In this document: positions 47,538-56,815 of the stretch, piece after piece
Layout: each line of letters opens with the position of its first letter
Position numbering within the stretch: the stretch's first letter is position 1
Translations under genes and position numbers: made by a program
DNA from: Kiritimatiellia bacterium
GTDB taxonomy: Bacteria; Verrucomicrobiota; Kiritimatiellia; RFP12; UBA1067
Assembly: GCA_041673345.1 (NCBI GenBank)
Contig: JBAYXX010000006.1
Span: 5,357-69,356, forward strand
Length of the DNA: 64,000 nucleotides
Direction of reading: 5' to 3'
Notes under the pieces: generated by a model
Told to the model about the DNA's origin: nothing
Seen by the model: the letters and a program-made list of their open reading frames with translations, nothing else
Databases searched by the model: none

Positions 47538-47691
47538 GATTAAGAGTATAAAGATACCAACCGAATAAAACGACAATAAAAATCAAAAGGTGCAAAAGAA
47601 ATATCAAAAGGTGTATGGCGTTGTGATAGCAACTGTGGTTAACTCAAGACAACTCAACTAAGAGTTATGCAATCAATGAGAGGATGGTTAA

Positions 47692-50600
47692 ATGAACAAA
47701 ATTAATAAATCCAAATTGTTTATGTTTAAATCACTTGTATGGTCGACAATAACTCTGTTATCTGCCTTCACTGAACTACTGCCTGCAGGAGCAGGCGTGC
47801 CGGTTGGCGCGTCGACTTTGATTGACACGCCAGACTACAGCGACACGTTTACGGTCAATACAGCCAGCCGTCCCGGCATTTACCACCACACAAGCCCGGA
47901 TGCGGTGGATGCCTATTATAACGTTGAAAGCGGTTCACCCACCGCGCAGTGGCATCCGACTCAGAACTTCAGCTTCAATACCGATATAAATGTACAACCG
48001 GAATACCCCGGAAATAGCGGCAACACCGGTGCCGCGACCGGCATGGCCCAGACCGGCCGCAAAAATGTCAACTTCGCTTATGGTCTGCGGGATAATTTTG
48101 TTATTCAGATGGATGCCACTTTCAAGGGAGCAGCCTACATTAAACTCGGTGCCTATGCCAAGGTCGGTGATCAAAACGGAACAGCTGGCAGCCTGGTTGC
48201 CCACTTCCGACGTGGATCAATCAGCCTGATGTCAACCTCTGAAGCAGCAACAGGGTTTACCACTGGCATTGATGCCGACGACACCTCCTGGCACAACTTC
48301 GCGGTTGAATTCAATAAAAGCGCTAATATAATTTCTTTCTTTGTCGATGAAACCTGTAAAGGAACCCTTGACCTGACAACCTTTGGAGGCGGTGCTTATC
48401 AGAACTACTCCAACGGAGCAGTCGGCGCGGGAGTGGAATCATATATAGGCTGGTTCGACAACTTTCAGGTCGGTAAGCCTAAGAGGCAACCACTGATTGA
48501 CATTCACCAAACAATAAAAATGAACGTGAGCAGTAACGATTCGATCACAACGTTGATGAATGCCGGACGAATGATTAAACAGGGCCCAGGCACCCTGAGC
48601 ATCACCAATGCCCACATGTACAAAGGCGCCGTAGAGGTCGCTGACGGAACACTGGAAATCGGAACAGGTACAAGCGATCTTCCCCCTGCTCTGAGGTCCG
48701 GCCTGGCCTTCTGGGTGGATGCCAACCGCAATGTTGAAGTCAACGGTGATGTGGTAACCTGCTGGCATGATGTGCGTGAAGGCAACGACGACAAGGCTTA
48801 CCCCGCGGCACGCCGCTTTGTGTCAACCAACAATATCGCCGATCCCGCTCCGACATGGGTGCAGGGAGGCGATGATGTCTCCGGCCTCAAACTCGTTGAC
48901 TTCGGTGCCTACGGCGGCGGTAGGTGGCTGCAGTGGCAGGATGCTTCCAGCAACCGTCTGAGTATAGCTAACATTCGCACTCTCTTCATAGTCATCTCCT
49001 GCACCAACGGCACCGGTTTTCTGCTGGGCGACTGGGACAACACCAGCACCAATCTCAACGCAGGCACCCACGATTTTCATGTGGGAGGCGGAACCTACAT
49101 ACACACTGGCAACCCTGCGGGTACAGCGCTGAAAGACGTACCCTGGTGGGATCCCGCCGCCGCAATAGCGGTTCGCAACGGACAGACCTTTATCAACGGG
49201 GAGTTTATCTATGGAGTAGAACAAAAGGTCTCTTCAACTGGAGAGCTGATGTCACTGGTAACAACCGGCAATGCTCAGGCCTCGAACTTCGGTAACAATC
49301 GCAACCACAAAGCGAGTCAAGGCATTGAGAGTGTAAAGATCAACCGCCAAGGTGGCGGACGAATTGGCGAGGTGCTGATCTACACCTCCCTTCTCTCTGA
49401 AAGCCAGCGGCTTCAGGTGGAATCCTACCTGATGAAAAAATGGTTTGGGCAGGGCCTTGGCACACTCCGTATCGCCGAAAACGCGACGGCAGCACTAAAT
49501 GCCGATGGAACAAACAACCTAGCAAGCGCAGCCATCTCCGGCATCGGCACACTGAATGTGCAGGGCACTGCCTCCCTCTCAGTTGCCGGGATGGCCAATC
49601 CGCTCCTTCCACCTGTACGCCTTGACACCGGTGCAGCTATAGACAGCGGCATCCTGTTCCGGCGTACAGACCAGCCCTATATCCTGGAAGGCGGGTCCGT
49701 CTATGAAATCTCGAACGGAACGGTCTCACGGCAGGCATTTGGAGACGAAACACACATTGAAAAGAGCGGCAACGGTACACTGGCCGCCACATCAATTACA
49801 GAGGGTGTCCAGAGGGTGGAGGTCAAAGCAGGCACCCTGCGTTTCTCCCCGCCACTACCCGACAAAGGAACTCTGACGAATGCATTGGAAAATGCCAGCT
49901 TCGAGACATATACCACCATCGGCGCAGGCGGTGATTCCAACTGGGGCTACACTCCAACAGGAACAGGCTGGACCATCACGGGAGATCTTTCCTCCAGTAA
50001 CGATGCCGAATGGTACGGTGCCGGAGTGGCCAGATGCTCTTCAGTCACACCCTGGTGTTCTACACAACCAGCACCTGATGGCGACTGGTGCATCTTCTTG
50101 AAACGTGCCGGAGAAATAGAACGGACCTTTATTGTGCCTGTTTCCGGGCGCTATGAGATTTCTTTCTACACCTCCGCCCGGCCGGGCAAAATCCACCACC
50201 TGTATCAGGTGATAGTTAACTCAACTGATGTCATCGGGAGTATACGTACCAGAAAAACAGAATTCAAACGAGTTACCTGCATAACACCTCTGCTCACAGC
50301 CGGCACCCATACGCTCTGCTTCAAAGGAGAATACGGAAGCGTCGACCGCGCTTCAAATATCGACGCCATCGAAATTAAGCTGCGTGACGAAATGGATTAT
50401 GTGACAATTCCCAATGCCGACTTTGAGTATCCGGCGATCCTTGATGGTAATCGTTACGCATTCAATCCCGCTGCAGCCGGCTGGAATTTCGTTACCGATC
50501 CGGCAGTTACCAACAGCGGCATCACAAGCAGCGGTACTACCTGGTACTATACCCAGATAGAAAATGGAGGCCAGGCCGCTTTTTTGCATCGGACAGGCGG

Positions 50601-51612
50601 AATGTCCACCTCTGTCACATTTCCTGAACCGGGGTGCTACTGTCTCTCTTTTCTAGCTGCCGCACGGGTTGCTGACCAGGGAAACTCGTTCGGTTGGTTC
50701 TACGAACATGATTTCGAGGTAAAACTTGACGACACTCCTGCAGCATACCTGCAGACTCGGAGTGCCGCTTTCAAAAAACATTCCTTTATCCTGCCGGTCA
50801 TTAAAGAGGGGGATCCGCTGACTCAGACACTTTCTTTCACCGGCTTAAATTCCAAAGGTGGTGACCGAGCAACACTCATTGACGAGGTGAGCATCTACCG
50901 TATGCCCGCGCTTGCCAACCCTGGTTTTGAAACCATCGCCACGCTGTCAAATAGCACCTGGGAGGCAGGTATCACAAATGCGGGATGGAATTTCTGCATC
51001 GGTGTGGCCGAGCGCAACCAAAGCGGGATCGCTAAGTCAGGTTCAGAGTGGGGTAATACAACACCTGAGGGCAGCTACAACGCCTTCCTGCAGATGACAG
51101 CCACCATCAGCCAGACCATCACCTTCGATACTGCGGGAACCTATGAGTTCTCCTTTCTGGCTGCTGGAAGGTCTCAGAAGTCAAACTCCCTCAACCATGA
51201 CTTTTATGTCACATTTAACGGGATCGAAGTGGGGCATGTCCGCACAGCGGACGGTACCTTTCGCCGTTATACACTCCGCCTGCCCCGCGTAAAAGCCGAT
51301 ACCCCTTATGTTTTGGCTTTCGAAGGCATCAACCAAGGCGACACCATTGATCGCGCATCATTCATTGACTCGGTTATGCTGACGAAAGTTACTGAGCCCG
51401 AGTTCAATCCCGCCGCATTTGCCCAGACAGAGATCACCCTCTCCGCAGGCACCTCACTGGAACTCGACTATGACGGTTTACTCACTATGGAACGTGTGAC
51501 CTATGATGGCCGGTCATACACAGGGGTGCTGTCAGAGGAAAATACACCCTTTATTCAGGGCACCGGAACCCTCTATACCGCCCCTACGGGAACACTCTTA
51601 CTACTAAAATAA
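47692..51612 (+). CDS. Giant secreted/surface protein: LamG-like region, autotransporter-associated beta-strand repeats, and three ~180-aa sugar-binding-like repeats
   Basis: 1306 aa, signal-like N-terminus. GPGTLSITNAHMYKGAVEVADGTLEIGTG is typical of PATR repeats. Three modules begin NASFETY.., NADFEYP.. and NPGFETI.., each containing GWN/GWT and DRAS..D. Confidence 0.7.
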   Translation: MNKINKSKLFMFKSLVWSTITLLSAFTELLPAGAGVPVGASTLIDTPDYSDTFTVNTASRPGIYHHTSPDAVDAYYNVESGSPTAQWHPTQNFSFNTDINVQPEYPGNSGNTGAATGMAQTGRKNVNFAYGLRDNFVIQMDATFKGAAYIKLGAYAKVGDQNGTAGSLVAHFRRGSISLMSTSEAATGFTTGIDADDTSWHNFAVEFNKSANIISFFVDETCKGTLDLTTFGGGAYQNYSNGAVGAGVESYIGWFDNFQVGKPKRQPLIDIHQTIKMNVSSNDSITTLMNAGRMIKQGPGTLSITNAHMYKGAVEVADGTLEIGTGTSDLPPALRSGLAFWVDANRNVEVNGDVVTCWHDVREGNDDKAYPAARRFVSTNNIADPAPTWVQGGDDVSGLKLVDFGAYGGGRWLQWQDASSNRLSIANIRTLFIVISCTNGTGFLLGDWDNTSTNLNAGTHDFHVGGGTYIHTGNPAGTALKDVPWWDPAAAIAVRNGQTFINGEFIYGVEQKVSSTGELMSLVTTGNAQASNFGNNRNHKASQGIESVKINRQGGGRIGEVLIYTSLLSESQRLQVESYLMKKWFGQGLGTLRIAENATAALNADGTNNLASAAISGIGTLNVQGTASLSVAGMANPLLPPVRLDTGAAIDSGILFRRTDQPYILEGGSVYEISNGTVSRQAFGDETHIEKSGNGTLAATSITEGVQRVEVKAGTLRFSPPLPDKGTLTNALENASFETYTTIGAGGDSNWGYTPTGTGWTITGDLSSSNDAEWYGAGVARCSSVTPWCSTQPAPDGDWCIFLKRAGEIERTFIVPVSGRYEISFYTSARPGKIHHLYQVIVNSTDVIGSIRTRKTEFKRVTCITPLLTAGTHTLCFKGEYGSVDRASNIDAIEIKLRDEMDYVTIPNADFEYPAILDGNRYAFNPAAAGWNFVTDPAVTNSGITSSGTTWYYTQIENGGQAAFLHRTGGMSTSVTFPEPGCYCLSFLAAARVADQGNSFGWFYEHDFEVKLDDTPAAYLQTRSAAFKKHSFILPVIKEGDPLTQTLSFTGLNSKGGDRATLIDEVSIYRMPALANPGFETIATLSNSTWEAGITNAGWNFCIGVAERNQSGIAKSGSEWGNTTPEGSYNAFLQMTATISQTITFDTAGTYEFSFLAAGRSQKSNSLNHDFYVTFNGIEVGHVRTADGTFRRYTLRLPRVKADTPYVLAFEGINQGDTIDRASFIDSVMLTKVTEPEFNPAAFAQTEITLSAGTSLELDYDGLLTMERVTYDGRSYTGVLSEENTPFIQGTGTLYTAPTGTLLLLK

Positions 51613-51631
51613 TCCTATCGATGCAGTTTAC

Positions 51632-53938
51632 ATGAAATCTCTTTTATCAAAAACACTTGTATTATTTGTTATTCTTCCATTGATAACATTGTCTCAAAGT
51701 CAATTTCAGGATGCGCAATGGTTACGCGACCCACGTTTTGCAAATGAACCGATACTGGGAATATTTGATGTTCATAAGAAAAAAAGTAAAGATGCGAAAC
51801 TCAAAAACATACACACTTATTTTCGCAAATCTTTCAATCTGATCCAGACCCCGAAAAAAGCCGTCCTGCGTTTCACCGCTGATGATTATGCAAAAATCTT
51901 TCTGAATGGAAAATTCATAATACAAGGGCCTGAGCCAGCCTACCCTTTTGCGCACCCATATTACGATATTGATGTCACAGAACACCTGCAGATCGGAGAA
52001 AACGTACTTGCAGCACACACTTACTATCACGGTCTGGCTACAAGGGCATTCAACTCCGCTGATAATCGGAGCGGGTTTGTTGCACATATGAGATTGACAG
52101 CTGACGACCTTTCCGAGCAAGGCATTATAACGGATAAATCATGGCGGTGCTTCGCATCATGCACATACCCGTCAGATAAGGTTTTCGGGTATAAAACGCA
52201 ATTCAACGAGAACATAAACCTTAATCTCGAACCAATAAACTGGAAAAAACCGGGCTTCAATGACTCAGAGTGGTCCGAACCGCTGACAGGATTTCAGGAC
52301 CACACATTTATTGCTGCAATTACAGCCCCCTTACAGCATACAATTGCCGTCCCCGTAGTTTTAAAGCAGAGTGCTTTAAACCGGTGGTTTGCCGACATGG
52401 GCACAGAGGTAGTGGGCCATACACAAATCATTCTCGATGGACACTCGGGTGATACCGTAACCGTATGGCACGGGGAAGAACTTTCAGCACCGGATGTTGT
52501 CAGACACAAAATGCGCTGCTACTGTGATTATGCCGACCAGATCACACTGACCGACGGAAGCAATCACATTAACTTCTATGATTACCGCGCATTTCGCTAT
52601 ATCGAAATCATCGGGACAACAAACCGTCCCGTCATTCAGGTTGATGTCCGGCATTACCCGTTTGACTGGTCCGCCAGCGACTGTCGATCCTCTGACAACA
52701 CTCTGGACAGGATATGGGAAATCTCCAAACGGGGAGTGCAGATGGGATGTCAGGGAATCATCGTGGACTGCCCCTCCAGAGAGAAAGGACAATATACAGG
52801 CGATACATTTATGACAGCTGTCTCTCAGCTCCTTCTGACGGGTGATCCCTCTCTGACCCGTAAGGCGATTATTGATTTCCAGCAGACTCAGCGATTTGAT
52901 CCCGGTATGTTGTGCGTGGCTCCTGGTGGATTCTGGCAGGAGATTGCGGAGTGGTCCCTTGTCTGGCCGCAGATGCTGCTATACCACTATCAGACAACAG
53001 GCGATAAAAAGCTCGTCACAGAGATGATAGAGGCAGAAGCCCTGGACAAACTTATAGGTTATTTTGAAAATCTGGAACGTGACGACGGGTTGCTGCACAA
53101 TGTCAACCGACACAAATGGGTGCTGGTCGATTGGCCCGCTAATCTGTGCGAGGGATATGATTACAAAAAGACAAAGAACGGTGTCAATACTGTAGTCAAC
53201 GCATTTTATTACGGGGCATTAGTTTCAGCCGCAGAATTAATGCGTGTGGCTGAACAATCGGACTTGAAATACATAAATAAAGCCGAAAAACTGAAGTCTT
53301 CCTTCAATGCCATTCTGCTAGACTCTGCAACTGGTTTGTATATTGACGGACTCCATGAAGATGGAACCCGCTCATCTAAAAAGAGCCTCCATGCAAATGG
53401 CTTTCCTCTCTATTTCGGATTAGTTTCCGAAACAAACCTGACCGAAGTTGTCAACCTGATCCGTGCTCAGCGCCTCAACTGCGGAATTTACGGAGCTTCT
53501 TATTTCATCGCAGGCCTATTTCAAAACGGACAGGCTGACCTCGCCTATGAACTGCTGACCTGTAAAGATTCACGTTCCTGGAATCAGATGCTGAAGGAGG
53601 GAGCCACAACCACATTTGAAGCCTGGGGTGCGGATCAAAAAAAGAATACAAGTCTCTGTCATCCGGCAGGAGGAATGCCGGTATGGCTTATCATTAGGCA
53701 TCTGCTGGGGCTGGCTCCCGCTGAAGCGGGTTTCACTTCCCTGCGGGTTGCCCCGAATATTCCTGAAGCACTGGATTCCATTAAAATACGCTTCCCTACC
53801 GTTGCCGGCACAATCTCGGCGCAGTATATTAAAGGCCAGGCATATTATTTATCTGTACCAGAGCAAATAAATGTTTTAGATGAAACACCCACAAATATTG
53901 CATTAAAAATTGTTTCATCTCTAACTGAAACAGATTAA
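51632..53938 (+). CDS. Glycoside hydrolase family 78 (alpha-L-rhamnosidase-like)
   Basis: 768 aa with signal peptide. GIIVDCPSREKGQYTGDTFM corresponds to the GH78 DCPxRxExxGWxGD region. Six-hairpin C-terminal half. Confidence 0.75.
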   Translation: MKSLLSKTLVLFVILPLITLSQSQFQDAQWLRDPRFANEPILGIFDVHKKKSKDAKLKNIHTYFRKSFNLIQTPKKAVLRFTADDYAKIFLNGKFIIQGPEPAYPFAHPYYDIDVTEHLQIGENVLAAHTYYHGLATRAFNSADNRSGFVAHMRLTADDLSEQGIITDKSWRCFASCTYPSDKVFGYKTQFNENINLNLEPINWKKPGFNDSEWSEPLTGFQDHTFIAAITAPLQHTIAVPVVLKQSALNRWFADMGTEVVGHTQIILDGHSGDTVTVWHGEELSAPDVVRHKMRCYCDYADQITLTDGSNHINFYDYRAFRYIEIIGTTNRPVIQVDVRHYPFDWSASDCRSSDNTLDRIWEISKRGVQMGCQGIIVDCPSREKGQYTGDTFMTAVSQLLLTGDPSLTRKAIIDFQQTQRFDPGMLCVAPGGFWQEIAEWSLVWPQMLLYHYQTTGDKKLVTEMIEAEALDKLIGYFENLERDDGLLHNVNRHKWVLVDWPANLCEGYDYKKTKNGVNTVVNAFYYGALVSAAELMRVAEQSDLKYINKAEKLKSSFNAILLDSATGLYIDGLHEDGTRSSKKSLHANGFPLYFGLVSETNLTEVVNLIRAQRLNCGIYGASYFIAGLFQNGQADLAYELLTCKDSRSWNQMLKEGATTTFEAWGADQKKNTSLCHPAGGMPVWLIIRHLLGLAPAEAGFTSLRVAPNIPEALDSIKIRFPTVAGTISAQYIKGQAYYLSVPEQINVLDETPTNIALKIVSSLTETD

Positions 53939-53945
53939 GGAACGA

Positions 53946-54160
53946 GGTCAGAAACAAAGAACCTACCAGGTGATCGTAGTCAGCACACCGGAATTACTGG
54001 CAGCCGGAGAGGGTGATCTCTGGGATAGCGGAAAAGTCAGTTCCGATCAAACTCTACATATTGTCTATGCTGGTTCCACTCTGAAATCGCGTCAGCAGTG
54101 CCACTGAAAAGTCCGCGTTTGGAATAAAGACGACCGTCCCTCCCACTGGAGCTCTCCTTA
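53946..54160 (+). pseudogene. Fragment of a second GH78 rhamnosidase (N-terminal domain piece with an in-frame TGA)
   Basis: Translates to YQVIVVSTPELLAAGEGDLWDSGKVSSDQTLHIVYAGSTLKSRQQCH*KVRVWNKDDRPSHWS, the conserved Bac_rhamnosid_N stretch. It has no start codon, TGA at 54105-54107 replaces the conserved Trp, and similarity is lost after about 54160. Confidence 0.7.
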
Positions 54161-54261
54161 TAGTAGGTCTGAAGTTATAAACAGGCTGGAGCGGCGGGCC
54201 ACCAAAAGCTCCAAGGCTCAGCCTGTTAATAACTTCGCTGGCAAAAATTTGCTTCAAGCAG

Positions 54262-54852
54262 GTATATTGTGTACGATTTTAAAAGACACGCATCGACCGG
54301 GGACGAACCCGCCTGTCTGATTCACGAAATCTAAACGCAGATTTTCGCCCCGGCCGAGGCGCTTTAACACCAAACAAATACTCTGGATGCATATTTACAA
54401 TGAATCTACTATAAGGATTTCGACGTGTTAAAGCTAGCGTGTTTTTCATGAAACACAAAAAAAGGAGTGCTACGATGAACATGAATGATTCTATTTTGGT
54501 GGGCCTTGACTGGGCAGACAAGAAGCATGATATCTGTTGGCGCGACATCGACACAGGAGAGACTCAAATAAAGGTCCTTAAACACAGACCTGAACTGATC
54601 AACGAGTGGGTCTGTAACCTGATATCAAGGTATCCGGGAAAGCGTATAGCAGTCTGCTTGGAACAAACTCGAGGGCCTGTCGTCTACGCTTTGATGGGAT
54701 ACGACGCAGTCGATATTTACCCTGTTAACCCGTCGACTATGTCGGACTACAGAAAGGCTTTCAGCCCAAGTGATGCAAAGGATGATCCAGGGGATGCGGC
54801 TTTGATGCTTGAGTTGCTTGAACGTCACCCTGAATCTTTAAAGTTATTGGAT
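54262..54852 (+). mobile_element. IS110-family element remnant: about 210-nt structured 5' non-coding end plus a truncated DEDD recombinase (first ~126 aa only)
   Basis: From ATG 54475: MNMNDSILVGLDWADKKHDICW..IAVCLEQTRGP..DIYPVNPSTMSDYRKAFSPSDAKDDPGDAALMLELL is the IS110 N-terminal DEDD domain. Similarity ends near 54852 and the C-terminal Transposase_20 domain is absent. Confidence 0.8.
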
Positions 54853-54982
54853 GCTTTCCCCTGTCAACGCTTCGCTATCCCCTCGCGGAAGATCAACGCA
54901 TCTGCCTATGCGGCCACGCAGGCAGGCCTGCCTGTGTGCCAGCACAGGCAAAGTGATGTTCTCCCATTTTTTGTTGGCCGAA

Positions 54983-55198
54983 CTATTTTTTCCGATAAAC
55001 ATCTTTACGGTCTTGAATTCTCAGAATTAGAACGGAGTCATCAATAATTACAAAAATCACACAATACTCACCAACTCGGTACTTACGCATACCTGCAAAG
55101 GAACCGCTGAGCACAGGAAAACGCTGCGGGGTATGAACAAGATCCTTATCAATCTTATCCATGATCCTTTTTGCATTATCCTTGCTGATGCGGTCAAT
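54983..55198 (-). pseudogene. RelE/ParE-family toxin remnant (5'-degraded)
   Basis: Minus-strand translation IDRISKDNAKRIMDKIDKDLVHTPQRFPVLSGSFAGMRKYRVGEYCVIFVIIDDSVLILRIQDRKDVYRKK*. There is no in-frame start upstream of the core: a stop lies 10 codons upstream, and a frameshifted ATG ORF (MSEGRLKILFAKNHN*) sits at 55241. Confidence 0.6.
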
Positions 55199-55916
55199 TG
55201 TGATTTTTGGCGAACAATATTTTTAACCGGCCTTCACTCATCCAGTCACCACTTTAAAAGCACACACAAGTGCCTTGACTCTTCAACTGGGCTTCAACTA
55301 AAATTCAACCGTATTAAAGAAAGCGTTTTTCCATCAAGTAACGCTTATTCGGATCTACTAAAAACGCCTGTGCGACATGCAACTACATGTACTGCTCAGT
55401 CTGTTCGTACCTAGAAAATTTAAAGCGCAGAGTCCCGTGTTAAAATTGCAAGTCATGTTTTAAGAGTGATCTTATGATAAGGGTATTTCAAGCGATTAGC
55501 GACCCTGCGTAGCAGGGATGAAATACCCTTATCCTTTTGCGGAGATTCGCGGGCAAAAAACTCTGTGCCTTTGTGAGAGATCAAAAACGTACATAAAAAA
55601 CAAGAAATTGAATGATAGTAGTACAGTGTCCACCCAATCCACCTTTGCGTTCAAGTAAAACCGCACCCAAGCCCGACTCCCGACACGAGACCCGCGACTC
55701 GTTGACTCGGCACAGCCACAAAGCACTGGCATCAGACGGCTTCCAGCCTGTGCAGCAGCAGCCGAGCTAGCGTAGCAATGCGAAGGCACTCTCCCCAGTT
55801 CATCTTTTCAGTGCCCGTCCGTGTGAGTTCGTGCGAGTCCGTGCGAGTTCGTGACCGTCTGTGTTTGTCCGTGTTGCTAACACGCTTCGAAATTCCGATC
55901 AGGCGCATCGGCTTTG

Positions 55917-56249
55917 TTAGAATTCCCCTTCAGGGGTACGGTTCAGGATCACGTCCATATCGTACTTTCCCCGCACCCTCACACAAAACGCGAATCGATG
56001 CACCTGCTGCTCCTCCTCAATGAAACGCGCGTACTTCTTCTTTGCTTTGGCCAAGACGTACCCGGAGTAGATGGCCTCATCAGGGAACGAGGCCGTGGGA
56101 GCATAGTTATATCTGAGTGTCCATGCCTCATCACCGGACACGAAGCAGTGCCGATAGAGCTGTTCGCCGAGCAGTTCGTCCAGAACGGCTCCAACTTTAC
56201 TCCGGATTTTCATCTGCACGAAATCCTTGTACATCTTTTCAGTCATCAT
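55917..56249 (-). CDS. Hypothetical protein (110 aa), family not recognised
   Basis: Intact ORF with ggagac 5 nt upstream of ATGATG. It is embedded among TA and IS remnants. Confidence 0.45.
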   Translation of the reverse strand: MMTEKMYKDFVQMKIRSKVGAVLDELLGEQLYRHCFVSGDEAWTLRYNYAPTASFPDEAIYSGYVLAKAKKKYARFIEEEQQVHRFAFCVRVRGKYDMDVILNRTPEGEF

Positions 56250-56528
56250 GTCTCCATTCTAACAATATTATAAACCGGCCTTCAAGCATAATGGCCCTTG
56301 CACGAAAAAATGACAAGTTTGCCCTCATCAATCATCATTCGCCGACCGCGTCCGCCGGAGACACATCGTGCGAAGGCGGAAAGCGGATGGATCTCTCTGG
56401 CGAAGGACTTATCATTCGCCAGGGTGCCTCCTTCTTCATGTGTTTCCTGTTAGTTGACGTCTTGCCCGGCATACGTCAGAACTCACCGATTCGCCAAAGT
56501 GCGATTCGGTAGCCACTTGTTCGCTTAA

Positions 56529-56815
56529 TCATACAATTTCGAAACGGAGCTGTTTTCCCAACGCCTTGGCAAAACTCTCAAGTGTCGACAACTTGATATC
56601 CTCCTTAAATAGTCTTTCTTACGTCCTTCAGCAATTACAATGGCTTGCTGGGGTACCTTCTGCGTTTTCTTTCCTTAACTGGACATTGGATAATCAACAG
56701 GCAAGCCTACCGCACGCTGAAGCGCAAAATTCCCAGAGGGATGCTCCAAACATCCTTAAGACGCAGCTCGGAGAGGTCAGCACCGCGCAAGGCGTGCTTT
56801 TTTAGAAACAGCATA
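56529..56815 (-). pseudogene. XRE-family HTH antitoxin remnant (multiple frameshifts)
   Basis: The C-terminal frame reads DIKLSTLESFAKALGKQLRFEIV*, a typical XRE antitoxin tail. Upstream pieces TQKVPQQAIVIAEGRKKDYL and LSELRLKD lie in other frames. Confidence 0.45.

Noticed and set aside
54105-54107. TGA read as Trp (alternative genetic code) in the GH78 fragment.
   Set aside because: All intact genes in the window end at, or avoid, TGA in a way consistent with the standard code. The fragment also lacks a start and loses similarity downstream, so it is a pseudogene.
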